Source: Escherichia phage KEP4
Sequence record: PP047754
DNA: 64,000 nt
Direction: 5' to 3' (one strand)
Both the position numbers and the translations under genes were made by a program. The notes under the pieces were generated by a model. That model worked only from the letters and a program-made list of their open reading frames with translations, was not told the DNA's origin and did no database searches. Below, in pieces: positions 1 through 10,031 of the stretch; position 1 is the first letter of the stretch; each line of letters begins with the position of its first letter.

Positions 1-670
1 GACGGTAAATCATGAGCAGGTTGTTCTGGTCAAGCCCCTTAACACCCAGGCGCGCATAATCAGGGATCCAGGCAATAGTGGTGCCGAACTCTTTCGGTGT
101 ATTGCCGATGACCGGATTGGACTTCTTGCTCATGTTGTCTTCAAACAGCTGAGTATAAGACTTCTTGCCGTCACTGGTAGCAACGCGGAACCACTTTGAG
201 AACACGTTGACGAGCGAAGCCCCTTCACCGTTCTGGCCGCCGGACTTCTGGTTGTTGTACTCCTCGTCCTCATCGTTGAAGTTGCTGCCCGCATAGAGAG
301 AGCCAAACAACATCTCAGGGAGCCACTCATTGGTGACGCCATGCTTGACCACAGGGATACCCCCGTTGTCAGAAACGATGATTTGACCGTTCATAGGGGA
401 GACCGTGACGGTGATTTCCGTCAAGCCTTTACCCTCAGGGGTCTTGCTGTGGTCAACACAGTTGGTGATGATTTCATCAAACTGTTTGATCAGCGCAGGG
501 GAGTACTCAAAGTTGTCACGGAAGATGACTTTTTCTTTGGTTGGGTCATATACCCACACCGTCCCCACAGACGAACGGATACTGCCCAGATGACGCTCTG
601 GGCGAAGTAGGATATGCTCTATGTGAGTGAGCTTTTTGTATTTGCGTTCAATATCAATTTTGTTGGACAT
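1..670 (-). CDS. DNA topoisomerase II large subunit, N-terminal GyrB-type ATPase part (T4 gp39-like); partial, continues past window start
   Basis: Reverse-strand reading frame open from ATG at 670 to the window edge (absent from ORF track because no in-window stop). Hand translation MSNKIDIERKYKKLTHIEHILLRPE...VSDNGGIPV...SLYAGSNFND shows GHKL/topo II ATPase-like motifs. Confidence 0.7.
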   Translation of the reverse strand, partial: MSNKIDIERKYKKLTHIEHILLRPERHLGSIRSSVGTVWVYDPTKEKVIFRDNFEYSPALIKQFDEIITNCVDHSKTPEGKGLTEITVTVSPMNGQIIVSDNGGIPVVKHGVTNEWLPEMLFGSLYAGSNFNDEDEEYNNQKSGGQNGEGASLVNVFSKWFRVATSDGKKSYTQLFEDNMSKKSNPVIGNTPKEFGTTIAWIPDYARLGVKGLDQNNLLMIYR

Positions 671-719
671 CGGCCTATCCCGTCAATGGTAAACACACAA
701 GATTATGTATGGGGTTGGC

Positions 720-1298
720 TTATAGACCAAATTTAGTGCGCCACTTTTCAACTTTGTGTTCTATGGCATGTTCTACTTTAACGATCGTGTTGATATGGTT
801 TTGATTATACCCACACGCCAATTTAGCAGTATTGCGTATCAGATTTGAAACCAGGTCCACCATATTATCTTCTGAACGTTGAGGTTGGTTCAGTAAACGA
901 GTGATGCGGCCTTTGTAATGATTAACCATCGCAAGATATTTGTCTATAGTTTCAACACCACTACAGAACCAATAATCCTCCAACGTATGTTGGTTGAGAT
1001 CAGTTGTGTGATTGGCCGTAGCCAAAGCAAACACCATGGAGTCAAAGATTTCTTCTTTGGACATAGACCCATGTTGTTGAACTTGTTGATAATCCACAAC
1101 ATATAATAGATCCAGAGCCGAGATGATAACGTCCGCCACTTCACCGTTCAGGGGTTCGGATGCAGCGATTCCATAAAGCACATCTGATAGTTCACAAGAC
1201 TCTTCCACGAGTTTGCAATATACAAACACAGGAGAACGATTAGGATCGCGCTGGCTGAGTTCATATGATGTGTTGAAGATAGTTTTTAGATAATTCAT
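720..1298 (-). CDS. hypothetical protein; possible MazG-like NTP pyrophosphohydrolase
   Basis: 192-aa ORF; acidic EESCEL ... EVADVIISALDL pattern resembles the EExxE/ExxD metal-binding helices of MazG-type all-alpha NTP-PPases. Function is tentative. Confidence 0.5.
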   Translation of the reverse strand: MNYLKTIFNTSYELSQRDPNRSPVFVYCKLVEESCELSDVLYGIAASEPLNGEVADVIISALDLLYVVDYQQVQQHGSMSKEEIFDSMVFALATANHTTDLNQHTLEDYWFCSGVETIDKYLAMVNHYKGRITRLLNQPQRSEDNMVDLVSNLIRNTAKLACGYNQNHINTIVKVEHAIEHKVEKWRTKFGL

Positions 1299-1795
1299 TT
1301 CAAATATCCTTCTAGACGGAAGCGGTTAATATGCTGTATGATAAAATCCATAGAGTTTTGAAAACTGTATTTCCCCTGATGTTCATAAGCGTGAATCAGG
1401 GGAAGACGGCTGTGGGCCAATTGGAATCTCAACTTGGATGGCATTGTCAGCAATTTTTGACTCGTCGCTGCGATAATGTCTCGTTTAAATTTGGGATCAT
1501 CAGGGGACAATACAACGATGCGTGACTTGGCCAGGGTTTGTCCAAATTGCTTGGCGTCGTTCCCATAAAGACTACGCAAGTCGTCGTGGCGATATTTTAG
1601 CCAATACCAGTAGCCTTCTAACGAATTGAAATTACCATCAACAGTATCCATGGGATGGTATGCAAAATGGGAAAGGAATCTGCCTAGTTCTGTGCGGCTT
1701 CGACTGTATATGTTGTAATGGGTCTTGCCTTCACTATCCGGCGTCATACGTTCTTTTGGAACATTGAGTAATGGGAGCATGATATAGGGTCTCAA
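1295..1795 (-). CDS. hypothetical protein
   Basis: 166-aa ORF, same strand as neighbours, 4-nt overlap with downstream gene (operon-style packing). Confidence 0.55.
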   Translation of the reverse strand: MRPYIMLPLLNVPKERMTPDSEGKTHYNIYSRSRTELGRFLSHFAYHPMDTVDGNFNSLEGYWYWLKYRHDDLRSLYGNDAKQFGQTLAKSRIVVLSPDDPKFKRDIIAATSQKLLTMPSKLRFQLAHSRLPLIHAYEHQGKYSFQNSMDFIIQHINRFRLEGYLK

Positions 1796-2060
1796 ATCAA
1801 AATTGCTGTGTGTAAGTTAAATCAGATCTTTTTGTACGCTTTCAAAGCACTAATAACCGAGACGCCGCCAAATAGAACTAACAATATGAATCGTTCCATC
1901 CTAAAATCAGGAAGGGAAAGCAGTCCCACAAGGCTGTCTAAAGCAATCATGAACGTTACTCCAGTCAGCATACCCAACTTAAAGGAGTTGGAACCTCTCT
2001 TGCAACGTAACATAAATCACCTCCGATTCAAAATGGGGAGTTCTCTCCCCACACAGATAT

Positions 2061-2570
2061 CTAGCCCAGAAACACTACTAAAGTCAAATTTGTGAGACTG
2101 GTCCGAGCATCCTGCAACATTTCACGGGCAGCGGCTAAACGTTTTACATCATGTAGAGTGTCAGAGAACACGATTATGTTAGCCTTATCGATCCTGGTCC
2201 CCATGAAATGGGTGATTGTCGTCGTGCTCTCTTTCTTGTCGACATCAGGGATAAGTAATTCTTCGCCCGTCTGAGGGTTGCGGGAAGGATAGAAGAATGC
2301 ATCACGTTCACGAGAAGTATGGAAGACGCCAAACACATATGCGTCGTTTTCGACCTGAAACTTTTTAGAAAGTAGTTTCTTCAGAGCGGCTGTATGTCCG
2401 GTCTGGCGGAGCATTCTGTAGTAGAGCATGTTGCCGGAGCAAATAGGGTCTATCACTCCCCTAATCTGACGTTCCTTTTGTATCTCATACGCATCTGCCA
2501 CAAGCTGCTGGATCATATCGACATGGGCATTCATGGAGATTTCTATTTTACGTTTGATCATAGATTGCAT
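2061..2570 (-). CDS. hypothetical protein
   Basis: 169-aa ORF in the minus-strand early gene array. Confidence 0.55.
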   Translation of the reverse strand: MQSMIKRKIEISMNAHVDMIQQLVADAYEIQKERQIRGVIDPICSGNMLYYRMLRQTGHTAALKKLLSKKFQVENDAYVFGVFHTSRERDAFFYPSRNPQTGEELLIPDVDKKESTTTITHFMGTRIDKANIIVFSDTLHDVKRLAAAREMLQDARTSLTNLTLVVFLG

Positions 2571-2629
2571 TTGGTATATCCTCAGTTAGGTTCCGCTCAT
2601 GGGGAACGGGTCCATTATACACCCAATGC

Positions 2630-2657
2630 TGGAAATGAAAAAGAGGCCGAAGCCTCT
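2630..2657 (-). terminator. rho-independent terminator (minus strand)
   Basis: Perfect hairpin AGAGGC-CGAA-GCCTCT (2642-2657); on the minus strand it is followed by a U-run (complement of gaaatgaaaaag). Lies just after the stop of 2658..2879. Confidence 0.55.
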
Positions 2658-2879
2658 TTAATCGTCGTATTGGCCTGTCCTGAAATTCCATTTTCGTGCC
2701 TTGGATAAATCCAAATCTTTGAAAATGTTGCCAAAGATCTTTTTAAAATCAGACTCTTCTTCAAGATCTTTTGGTTTTTTGACAGGCTCCTTGACCATAC
2801 CGCCTTCGGGTTTCCCCACATCGGCGGTCGTGGTTGCCGGAGCAGAAGAGTCTTCAAGGAAATCCTGGAAGCTCTTCAT
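2658..2879 (-). CDS. hypothetical small protein (73 aa)
   Basis: Short ORF between two minus-strand genes, followed by the hairpin terminator. Confidence 0.4.
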   Translation of the reverse strand: MKSFQDFLEDSSAPATTTADVGKPEGGMVKEPVKKPKDLEEESDFKKIFGNIFKDLDLSKARKWNFRTGQYDD

Positions 2880-2882
2880 AAA

Positions 2883-3704
2883 TTACACCACAGCCATTTC
2901 ACAACGAGTAGACGTGACAGAATGGCCATCTGCATCAGAAACAACACACCAATATTCGCCTTCATTTGCGGCTTCAACTGCTGTGATAACCAGGTTAGCA
3001 GTGGCGGCGGTGGCATTAGTGCCAGCATCGATAACTGACCCCGCACCCCCAGGAGTATCAGAGAAATGCCACACATAAGTGTATGGAGTTGTACCACCCG
3101 CAGCAACAACACTAAAGGTTCCGTCTTGTCCAGAAGTTACGTCTTTGGTGGCAGGTAAATCAGTCGACAGCGACAGAGCGCCTGCAACTGTAATAACCGT
3201 AGAATCTGTGTGATTCCCTTCAACCGTGACACCATAAACCGTTACAGTTCCTGAAGCCAGCAATTTGAATTTACCACCACCGACATGTACAGCTTTCGTA
3301 ATATCACCAGAATACCAATTAACGCCTTGATATGTGGCATTGGCAGGGGATACCGTCGCTAGCAATTCAACAAATTGTCCGATCTCTCCGCTGGCTGTAG
3401 CTGGAGTAATCACAAGTCCGGTGGTTAAAATGGCATTCGGATCGTGGATTTCATAAGATACTTGAAAGCCGATAGGCTTGGTGGGATCCACTTTGGTGAC
3501 ACCGTCCGCTTGTAAATTGCTCTTGGTGAGCAGAGCGTCAAGACCTTTACATTCGGTCAGGATCTCATCAGGATCTTGGTTGAGGCTGGTCTTTTGCCAA
3601 CCCTTTGCAACACCCGTCACGACATGATTGCGTTCGGTTTCCGGTTTGTTGCGGACAACTTCCGGCGCGACTAATACTGTGATTGTTGGCATGGTTTCCT
3701 CCAC
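2883..3704 (-). CDS. Ig-like (bacterial Ig/BIG-type) domain-containing protein
   Basis: 273-aa ORF rich in Thr/Val/Gly beta-strand repeats; C-terminal ANEGEYWCVVSDADGHSVTS resembles an Ig-fold strand pattern. Confidence 0.55.
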   Translation of the reverse strand: MEETMPTITVLVAPEVVRNKPETERNHVVTGVAKGWQKTSLNQDPDEILTECKGLDALLTKSNLQADGVTKVDPTKPIGFQVSYEIHDPNAILTTGLVITPATASGEIGQFVELLATVSPANATYQGVNWYSGDITKAVHVGGGKFKLLASGTVTVYGVTVEGNHTDSTVITVAGALSLSTDLPATKDVTSGQDGTFSVVAAGGTTPYTYVWHFSDTPGGAGSVIDAGTNATAATANLVITAVEAANEGEYWCVVSDADGHSVTSTRCEMAVV

Positions 3705-4063
3705 TCATCCAAATCGTTGTTCAGAGCCATCATCAGCTCATTATCTGGTTCGTATGAACCGGAACATAAATCATCTCGCCAAACTCCTAACGTCAACAGC
3801 GCTGCTTTAAGACGAGGATGTTGGTTCTTATCCGTTTTCAACACCAACATTCGGCACACGGCTTCGGTTTCAAAGGTATTGAAAAGGATAATCAATTGAT
3901 TGATAAGTACGCGAGGACTTTTCCCTGGCACAAATCTTTTCAATGATTGATTAATTAGCGAAATTCGCTGAATGTCTACCATCAAATCATCTCTTGAGAC
4001 ACCAGGGGTGATATAATGTCTTAGAGCGTACTCCATCAAATTGCTTTCGTCAACGATAGCCAT
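3671..4063 (-). CDS. hypothetical protein
   Basis: 130-aa ORF; start overlaps the end of the upstream gene. Confidence 0.5.
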   Translation of the reverse strand: MAIVDESNLMEYALRHYITPGVSRDDLMVDIQRISLINQSLKRFVPGKSPRVLINQLIILFNTFETEAVCRMLVLKTDKNQHPRLKAALLTLGVWRDDLCSGSYEPDNELMMALNNDLDEWRKPCQQSQY

Positions 4064-4095
4064 ATTGAATTATAATCAGCAGTTATACACTGGGA

Positions 4096-4509
4096 TTATT
4101 TAATCTGCAGTTTTTCAGTCAATTGCGAGATTATTTCATTACGGTCAGTCGCGTCGATACCCAGGGGTTCCGCAAGTGTTTTAAGATCATTGATATCGAG
4201 CAAAAGAAGAACTTCAACTGTAATATCGGTTGATACCACAGTACCTGGTTTCATCGGCTTACCGAATTTATCTAACCCATAACGGCGCAAAGTTCCGGCA
4301 AGTCCGGTGAGTTCCTCTAGAAGCTCCTTAGAGCCGTCTTTGTATTCACACACCCAACCGTAGTCACCAGCGTAGACAATACCGCCGTCGCCGCCCTGAG
4401 GCACGTTATCCACCACGCGTTGCAGATAACTGGGAAGTTTATTTTCTTCCTGTGCAGTGATTTCTTGAATGGTTTGGGTGTTTTCAATTTTCTTTTGTGT
4501 CTTCGCCAT
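4096..4509 (-). CDS. hypothetical protein
   Basis: ORF-track frame 4096..4605 trimmed to the internal Met (MAKTQKK...) at 4509, which has a GGAG Shine-Dalgarno upstream and removes the overlap with 4484..4783. Confidence 0.5.
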   Translation of the reverse strand: MAKTQKKIENTQTIQEITAQEENKLPSYLQRVVDNVPQGGDGGIVYAGDYGWVCEYKDGSKELLEELTGLAGTLRRYGLDKFGKPMKPGTVVSTDITVEVLLLLDINDLKTLAEPLGIDATDRNEIISQLTEKLQIK

Positions 4510-4783
4510 GATCAGTTCTCCTATAGACTGTAATATATTTACCACAACAATTGCAGCAATAAACATGCATGGAATATCCGTCGTCGTTAAAATCACAGCC
4601 GCCACAACGACAAAATAATTTCACGAACTGGTCGCCTATGACTTCTCTAGGAGGAAAATTCCTGAACGAGTATTCTCTGAGTTCACCCTCAAATTGGAAT
4701 GAATCAACAAGGAACTTTGTTTTTCGGCGCAGTGATCCAAATGCCTGTTGCTCATACACGAAGTAAACATCTCTGGTTTCCAT
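4484..4783 (-). CDS. hypothetical Cys-rich small protein (possible zinc ribbon)
   Basis: 99-aa ORF with paired cysteine clusters (CRCGGC ... CCNCCG). Confidence 0.45.
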   Translation of the reverse strand: METRDVYFVYEQQAFGSLRRKTKFLVDSFQFEGELREYSFRNFPPREVIGDQFVKLFCRCGGCDFNDDGYSMHVYCCNCCGKYITVYRRTDHGEDTKEN

Positions 4784-4794
4784 ATCAACCTCAA

Positions 4795-4822
4795 AGAAAA
4801 GGAGGCCGAAGCCCCCTCTTTT
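4795..4822 (-). terminator. hairpin terminator, probably bidirectional
   Basis: GGAGGC-CGAA-GCCCCCTC hairpin flanked by T-runs on both strands (aaagaaaagg ... tcttttatg); sits after the rIIB stop. Confidence 0.5.
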
Positions 4823-4836
4823 ATGTCAGTTCGCGG

Positions 4837-6420
4837 TTACTTGTATAGACCGTCAACATCAATAGATTTATGTTGGCGGTTGTATTCCGTAGTATAGTCA
4901 TCCAACACGAGATATTCACAGCAGCGGATTTTACTAGAACCGTAATCATCAGTGATAGACACGATGTCTTTCGGGTTCAGCTTACAACGCACAACCCGCT
5001 GGCCCAGGCTACCGAAACATTGTTTCAGATACGCCAGAGAACAAACGTGAAGACCATAGGAGCACAGGTCTTTGTTGTTATCGTTCACAAATGAGCGAGC
5101 CATCCGAACAATGGTCCCAGGAGCATTACTAACTTTTCCTGTGCGCTTGTCCATATAATTTCCGCGAACGGATTTGTATAGAATAATGTCGCCATCTTCA
5201 TGAATCTCAATGTCTGAGTATGCCATGAATTCATAGATTCGACCGGACTGAACCAGCGCGGCGCTCGGGTTTTGGAACATTTTGTCCAGGAAACGACCCA
5301 AGCGTTCCAAGTTCGGATAATCGCCTTTTAATGCCAAAGCCAAAATGCGTTTGGCAACGGAAGTTCCGGTGATATCATAGCCACCCCAGCGAACACGATT
5401 GTCTGAAAGGTCAACCATGCCTGTGGTGAATTGTTTGATGGCTTCACGCGGTTTCATCAGAGTGTACGCTGTTTTGACGTCACGATTTTTAATCGCTTCA
5501 ACAATACGGTCATACGCCTGGTGGCTCGTTGTGATCGTTTCCGGTTTACCATCAACCACGATTACGATACTTTCCGGCAAAATCATGATCTGGTGTTCGT
5601 TCAGGAACACAGACAGATCTTTTTCATTAAATGAATTCTGAGTTTGCTTGTCGCCTGTTTCTCCAACAACTGCAACAGTCTTGACCACGAATAATACGGA
5701 TGACAATGCCAGACGAAGTGTACGGCCTAAAATTACATCAAAGTAACCCACGCGCCGACGGGCATCAAGGGAACCGCGCATCGGGTATGTTTCGCCGTCA
5801 TGTTGTACACTGATTACCACGCCATCATTGACTTTGGTAACGCCATCAACCAGTGCTGTCGCCAATTCGGCCAACGGCGAAATATTTTCTTCATTGAAGC
5901 GGCTTGATCGAGTTTCTAACGGTTTCAGTTCTTCGCTTCTGAAAAGTTTGGCCTGAATAGCAGCAGAGCTATCGTAACGCATACAGATAAACACTGTTTG
6001 GTTTTCCAGGAAACGGCCAACATACCATTCTTCGCCTTCAGAATCGACAGACACCGAACCTTCCAGAACTTCATAGGTGTCGGGGATTTTCCCTTCTTCA
6101 GTCAATTCTTTAATTGGCGAAATCACGACCACGTTATTAGATTCTTTGATGATACGAACCATCAGGGCGCGGGCAATTGTTTTGGCACTGACGCCATAAA
6201 CTGATGCCAGAGAAGAATTGCTTTCACCTTTGCTGCTCTTGGTTTGTATTTCTTGAATCTGTTCAGTGGTCAGAGACTTAATCGAAGCTGGATCCACTCC
6301 CAGTTCTTTATCCGACACGCGTTGTATCATTGAGCGCGGTACGCCCAATTCACTGGCTATTGAACTTTGACTTCTGTTCTCATTCAACAGCTTGAGAATA
6401 CGTTTTTCTATAGCATTCAT
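4837..6420 (-). CDS. rIIB: rIIB-like protein
   Basis: 527-aa ORF directly downstream of rIIA. N-terminal helix-turn-helix-like segment and C-terminus (...CSYGLHVCSLAYLKQCFGSLGQRVVRCKLNPKDIVSITDDY...) match my recollection of T4 rIIB. Confidence 0.75.
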   Translation of the reverse strand: MNAIEKRILKLLNENRSQSSIASELGVPRSMIQRVSDKELGVDPASIKSLTTEQIQEIQTKSSKGESNSSLASVYGVSAKTIARALMVRIIKESNNVVVISPIKELTEEGKIPDTYEVLEGSVSVDSEGEEWYVGRFLENQTVFICMRYDSSAAIQAKLFRSEELKPLETRSSRFNEENISPLAELATALVDGVTKVNDGVVISVQHDGETYPMRGSLDARRRVGYFDVILGRTLRLALSSVLFVVKTVAVVGETGDKQTQNSFNEKDLSVFLNEHQIMILPESIVIVVDGKPETITTSHQAYDRIVEAIKNRDVKTAYTLMKPREAIKQFTTGMVDLSDNRVRWGGYDITGTSVAKRILALALKGDYPNLERLGRFLDKMFQNPSAALVQSGRIYEFMAYSDIEIHEDGDIILYKSVRGNYMDKRTGKVSNAPGTIVRMARSFVNDNNKDLCSYGLHVCSLAYLKQCFGSLGQRVVRCKLNPKDIVSITDDYGSSKIRCCEYLVLDDYTTEYNRQHKSIDVDGLYK

Positions 6421-6452
6421 CTTGTAGTTCTCACTGTGGGGTAATGGGGCTA

Positions 6453-9194
6453 TTATGCCCCGAGAATACGTTTTGAAATAGCCTTCACAAATCTAGTGGC
6501 ATCTTCAATCGCGTTGTGTGCCGAAGGCTGATATGTTGACATCATGAATTTCACCAAACGATGACATTCAACTCGGTATCGGTTTTTGGCCTTTTGCTTT
6601 TGAGATATAGTGCTAGTGACCTTTATCTCATCAAATCCTTCAGCAGTTAATTTTTCATTCAATAAATCAACAACTTGAGTTAACTGGTTACAGGCGCGGA
6701 AAAATCTCGTAGTTGAGAAAGGCATTTCTATATGATAATGTAATTCCTCAACAGCCTTGCGGAAATAACCGTACCCCGATCCAGACGGATTTCGTTTGGC
6801 CAGCATACGAACAATCTTCCATTCTTCTTCAGTGATTTGTTGTTTCGCATAACTGATGATTGCTTTTGCCCTGTGTTGATGATGGGCATAGCCATCCGTA
6901 ACTTTTCCATGGGAATCAATCAACAGCTTGGCACCATAATCAATGCGATGAGACATGATGTTTATGCCCTTGCGAAGTTTCAGGAGTTTCTTAGATTCAA
7001 GCGCCTGAAATTCATCTTTATAATGCTCAAGCAACATATCAAACACTGCGTCAATGGGGATGAATACTTCTGGGAATTTCTTCATCATCGGAACAGATTT
7101 ACGACGCGCAAGAACGATTGTTGGATGTGCTCCCAGCAAATCAAACAGGTTTTCGTTTCCATTCTCGCCGAACTTCGTTCTTTCCATCGCTTCACGCAAA
7201 TGTCCAGCCGCGGATTGTCGTAAGGTAATACCATGAATTTTATGGATACCTTCTCGGCCAGATACTTCGATATATACGATCTTTTTGCCCGAATCAATAA
7301 TATCTGAAACGGTTTTTCCATCTAATTCATAAACGCTGTCGAAGTTAAATGAATTGTAATGGAAACTAAACATCCCAGGATCTTTTTCAACGGTCGGGCG
7401 AACATATTCCATTTCATGCATGAAATAGACTTCATCCGGATTGAATAAATCGCCAAAAACCTCGATCAGTTTATCGGCAAAGACCAGGTAGTCCGGCGTT
7501 GTTTCTTGTACACCGATCCATGATTCAAAATAAGACTTCAATTCCTCATGGTTGGTAAATGATTCTTTATGTGCCGCCAGCTGATTCCGATTACTGAAAT
7601 AATTTTCATTCGGTTTGACGACGATAACGACATTGAAGTTATTGCGTGCTGTTTGTATCTTCAGGTTTCGAGCACGATTCGAGTTATCAATAATAACAGC
7701 AATTTTTGATTTAGATTTCAACCAATTTCCGACAGAGTTCACATAAATGCTGTCGTGTACTACACCGTTGTCGTGTACTTCAATTTCGTAAGGACTACCA
7801 ATAGACCGGAAAGGTGCATCCAAAGAGTAATCGCGCACGACGTCCGGCGCTCCGATATAACGGAACGTGCCTTTGTAGAAACGGTTATCTGCAGGAAATT
7901 CTCGCTCCACTAATTTACGGAAACCACTACCGAACATATCAGTCAGCTGAGTCTTTTTCATATACAACATAAGAGGACCCATTGACTCCGCTTGGCGAAG
8001 TTCATACATCTTCGCTTGCATGATATTTTCGGCCACATGCTTGAACACGCGGTTCAGGCTTTCACGAGTGAATTCGTCGTATGACAAGTCTTCGCGTGAA
8101 GGCGGTACATTCAGTTCCCCAAGTTCGAAGAAGGTATAGGAACTCGGGAATTTTTCCAGCACGGTGCATATTTCAGAGTCCAATTGGTCGAGATCTATCG
8201 GGTAAGAAACCCCGCCCATGACAGCATAGTGGATGTTGTCGGAATCTGACTTCGGTTGGATATATGTGTTGCCTACACGGTTTTCGAAGTTGATGTCAGA
8301 CCAACGGAAAGCATAACTGGCGTTTTCAACCTTCGGACGCATTGAAGGTCGCATCACTCGACCCAAACGGACCAACTCTTGTTCAAAGGCGGTAAAACGC
8401 TGATTCTTTACAGGAACTTTAACAGTCAGGCCGTTGAACTCATCAGTGTCCTCCGGTTTAGGATCACGGGTATCTAAATCCTTGGTAATGAGATCCACAG
8501 TTGGGATTCTGTCCGCATTCAGATACATCAGGAAGCGATACAGTTTCCCTTCATAGCGACTTTCTACTGTAAATGAATCAGATACCGCAAATGGGGATTT
8601 AGAACCTAGCCCAAACGCCCCTATTTGCCCGTCGTCGTCCTCTTTTGTACTATGGAAGAGTGTTGTATACAAACCAGGACCACGAATGATCTCGCCATCC
8701 TCAGCGCGGAATACCAGTACCCCATTATAATAACCAGGTGTACCAATAACAGCAGTGCTATCAGGGATTTCGTCTTCCTTCACGACGATATTACCTTCAA
8801 CCAGCACTTCATCTTCACGCGCTGTAATAGGCTCGCCGATGATCATTTCTAATGGAAGACCAACCCCATAATCTTTAATTTCCAGCCAGGGTTCCATAAC
8901 ATCCGGTAAATGTACAACAACAGGAGTTCCCTTGGGGGCAAGATGTTTGCTGTATCGTTGAGGCATAGGAGTGAGAGGAGCATAATGCGATGGCATCCAG
9001 CGTTGTTGGCGATCACGCATATTATGTGAGTCTATACCATTACACAACGTCTCACGCAAAGACGCCGCCTCTTTATATTTGTAGAGACTTGAAAATAATG
9101 TTTCAAATAATTTATCCGTCATCTTGACATTGAATGTCTGTCCGACGATGGTAGAAGAAGAGCGCACGAAATGCTCGGACTTGCGCATTTTCAT
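6453..9194 (-). CDS. rIIA: rIIA-like protein (GHKL/HATPase-type N-terminal domain)
   Basis: 913-aa ORF; N-box-like LRETLCNGIDSH, G1-like DYGVGLP, G2-like GAFGLGSKSPFAV as in T4 rIIA; conserved rIIA-rIIB adjacency. Confidence 0.8.
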   Translation of the reverse strand: MKMRKSEHFVRSSSTIVGQTFNVKMTDKLFETLFSSLYKYKEAASLRETLCNGIDSHNMRDRQQRWMPSHYAPLTPMPQRYSKHLAPKGTPVVVHLPDVMEPWLEIKDYGVGLPLEMIIGEPITAREDEVLVEGNIVVKEDEIPDSTAVIGTPGYYNGVLVFRAEDGEIIRGPGLYTTLFHSTKEDDDGQIGAFGLGSKSPFAVSDSFTVESRYEGKLYRFLMYLNADRIPTVDLITKDLDTRDPKPEDTDEFNGLTVKVPVKNQRFTAFEQELVRLGRVMRPSMRPKVENASYAFRWSDINFENRVGNTYIQPKSDSDNIHYAVMGGVSYPIDLDQLDSEICTVLEKFPSSYTFFELGELNVPPSREDLSYDEFTRESLNRVFKHVAENIMQAKMYELRQAESMGPLMLYMKKTQLTDMFGSGFRKLVEREFPADNRFYKGTFRYIGAPDVVRDYSLDAPFRSIGSPYEIEVHDNGVVHDSIYVNSVGNWLKSKSKIAVIIDNSNRARNLKIQTARNNFNVVIVVKPNENYFSNRNQLAAHKESFTNHEELKSYFESWIGVQETTPDYLVFADKLIEVFGDLFNPDEVYFMHEMEYVRPTVEKDPGMFSFHYNSFNFDSVYELDGKTVSDIIDSGKKIVYIEVSGREGIHKIHGITLRQSAAGHLREAMERTKFGENGNENLFDLLGAHPTIVLARRKSVPMMKKFPEVFIPIDAVFDMLLEHYKDEFQALESKKLLKLRKGINIMSHRIDYGAKLLIDSHGKVTDGYAHHQHRAKAIISYAKQQITEEEWKIVRMLAKRNPSGSGYGYFRKAVEELHYHIEMPFSTTRFFRACNQLTQVVDLLNEKLTAEGFDEIKVTSTISQKQKAKNRYRVECHRLVKFMMSTYQPSAHNAIEDATRFVKAISKRILGA

Positions 9195-9265
9195 AGTATA
9201 GAATTCCTGTTCAGATCAAAGAAGAACACATTATTGGGTAAGGTTATGATACTGGCGGGTGGTTC

Positions 9266-9291
9266 AATAGAAAAGCCTCCAATCGGAGGCT
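9266..9291 (-). terminator. rho-independent terminator (minus strand)
   Basis: Hairpin AGCCTCC-AATC-GGAGGCT followed on the minus strand by TTTTCTATT; directly after the stop of 9302..9655. Confidence 0.5.
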
Positions 9292-9301
9292 TTAATCAGG
9301 A

Positions 9302-9655
9302 TTAACTTCCCTGAACGTTTACAACGGTGGCGTTGAAATTGAATATCGGGTGGGTGGCACCTGGCTCTAACGTCTCTTCCAGATAACCCACAATATTGCG
9401 TGTCACAGATTTCGGCTCTGCGCGGGAAGGCTTCGTTGCGCCGAGGTCAATAATGCTCGAAGTGACTTGTTCAACCTGAGTGTGATTGACAACAAAATGA
9501 TAACGACTACCGAAGGCCGCAACTTCAACTTCTGTTATTTCTAAACCACTCAATTCAGAGCTGTTCAACTGCTTCACATTCAATTGAGAGCGGAGGTGCT
9601 CTACAATATTGCTGTAAACATATTGTGGTGTGATCAGCTGTTCAATAGAACTCAT
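9302..9655 (-). CDS. hypothetical protein
   Basis: 117-aa ORF. Confidence 0.5.
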   Translation of the reverse strand: MSSIEQLITPQYVYSNIVEHLRSQLNVKQLNSSELSGLEITEVEVAAFGSRYHFVVNHTQVEQVTSSIIDLGATKPSRAEPKSVTRNIVGYLEETLEPGATHPIFNFNATVVNVQGS

Positions 9656-9664
9656 GACATATCC

Positions 9665-9958
9665 TCATTTCTTTGGGGGTTTATTGTTACTTAAACGGAT
9701 CACCTCTGCTCGAAGGAAGAGGATTTCATCGGCCATCATTTTACCTTCTTGAAACATAACATGACATCGTGATGATCTGGGTTCACCTTCCGATAATGCG
9801 TGAAGGCGATATTCGGGGATGACATCATTTACGGCGTTTCTTTTTGTTCTTTCCATGGGTCTTGGCCTTTTTAGGACGACTGACGGAAGGACGAGCATGC
9901 CCAGGTTCCCCAGGGGTACACCCTTGTGCATAACGATGATCATCCCAGAGACGACCAT
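9665..9958 (-). CDS. hypothetical protein (conflicts with 9825..10031)
   Basis: 97-aa ORF with no recognisable RBS; overlaps the signal-peptide ORF in another frame, so only one of the two is likely real. Confidence 0.3.
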   Translation of the reverse strand: MVVSGMIIVMHKGVPLGNLGMLVLPSVVLKRPRPMERTKRNAVNDVIPEYRLHALSEGEPRSSRCHVMFQEGKMMADEILFLRAEVIRLSNNKPPKK

Positions 9959-10031
9959 TATGCGTCATATCTTCAGCCATGGCGGACAAAGCAAGGGTTG
10001 CTACAGCCGCAGCAGATAATGGTTTAGACAT
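9825..10031 (-). CDS. small secreted or membrane-targeted basic protein (predicted signal peptide)
   Basis: Start moved to the internal Met (MSKPLSAAAVATLALSAMA-ED...) preceded by AAGGAG at 7-nt spacing; Lys/Arg-rich C-terminus. Confidence 0.4.
   Translation of the reverse strand: MSKPLSAAAVATLALSAMAEDMTHNGRLWDDHRYAQGCTPGEPGHARPSVSRPKKAKTHGKNKKKRRK

Noticed and set aside
4096-4605. Full 169-aa ORF for the gene at 4096
   Set aside because: The upstream 32 codons overlap the neighbouring gene by 122 nt in another frame; the internal Met at 4509 has a GGAG RBS.
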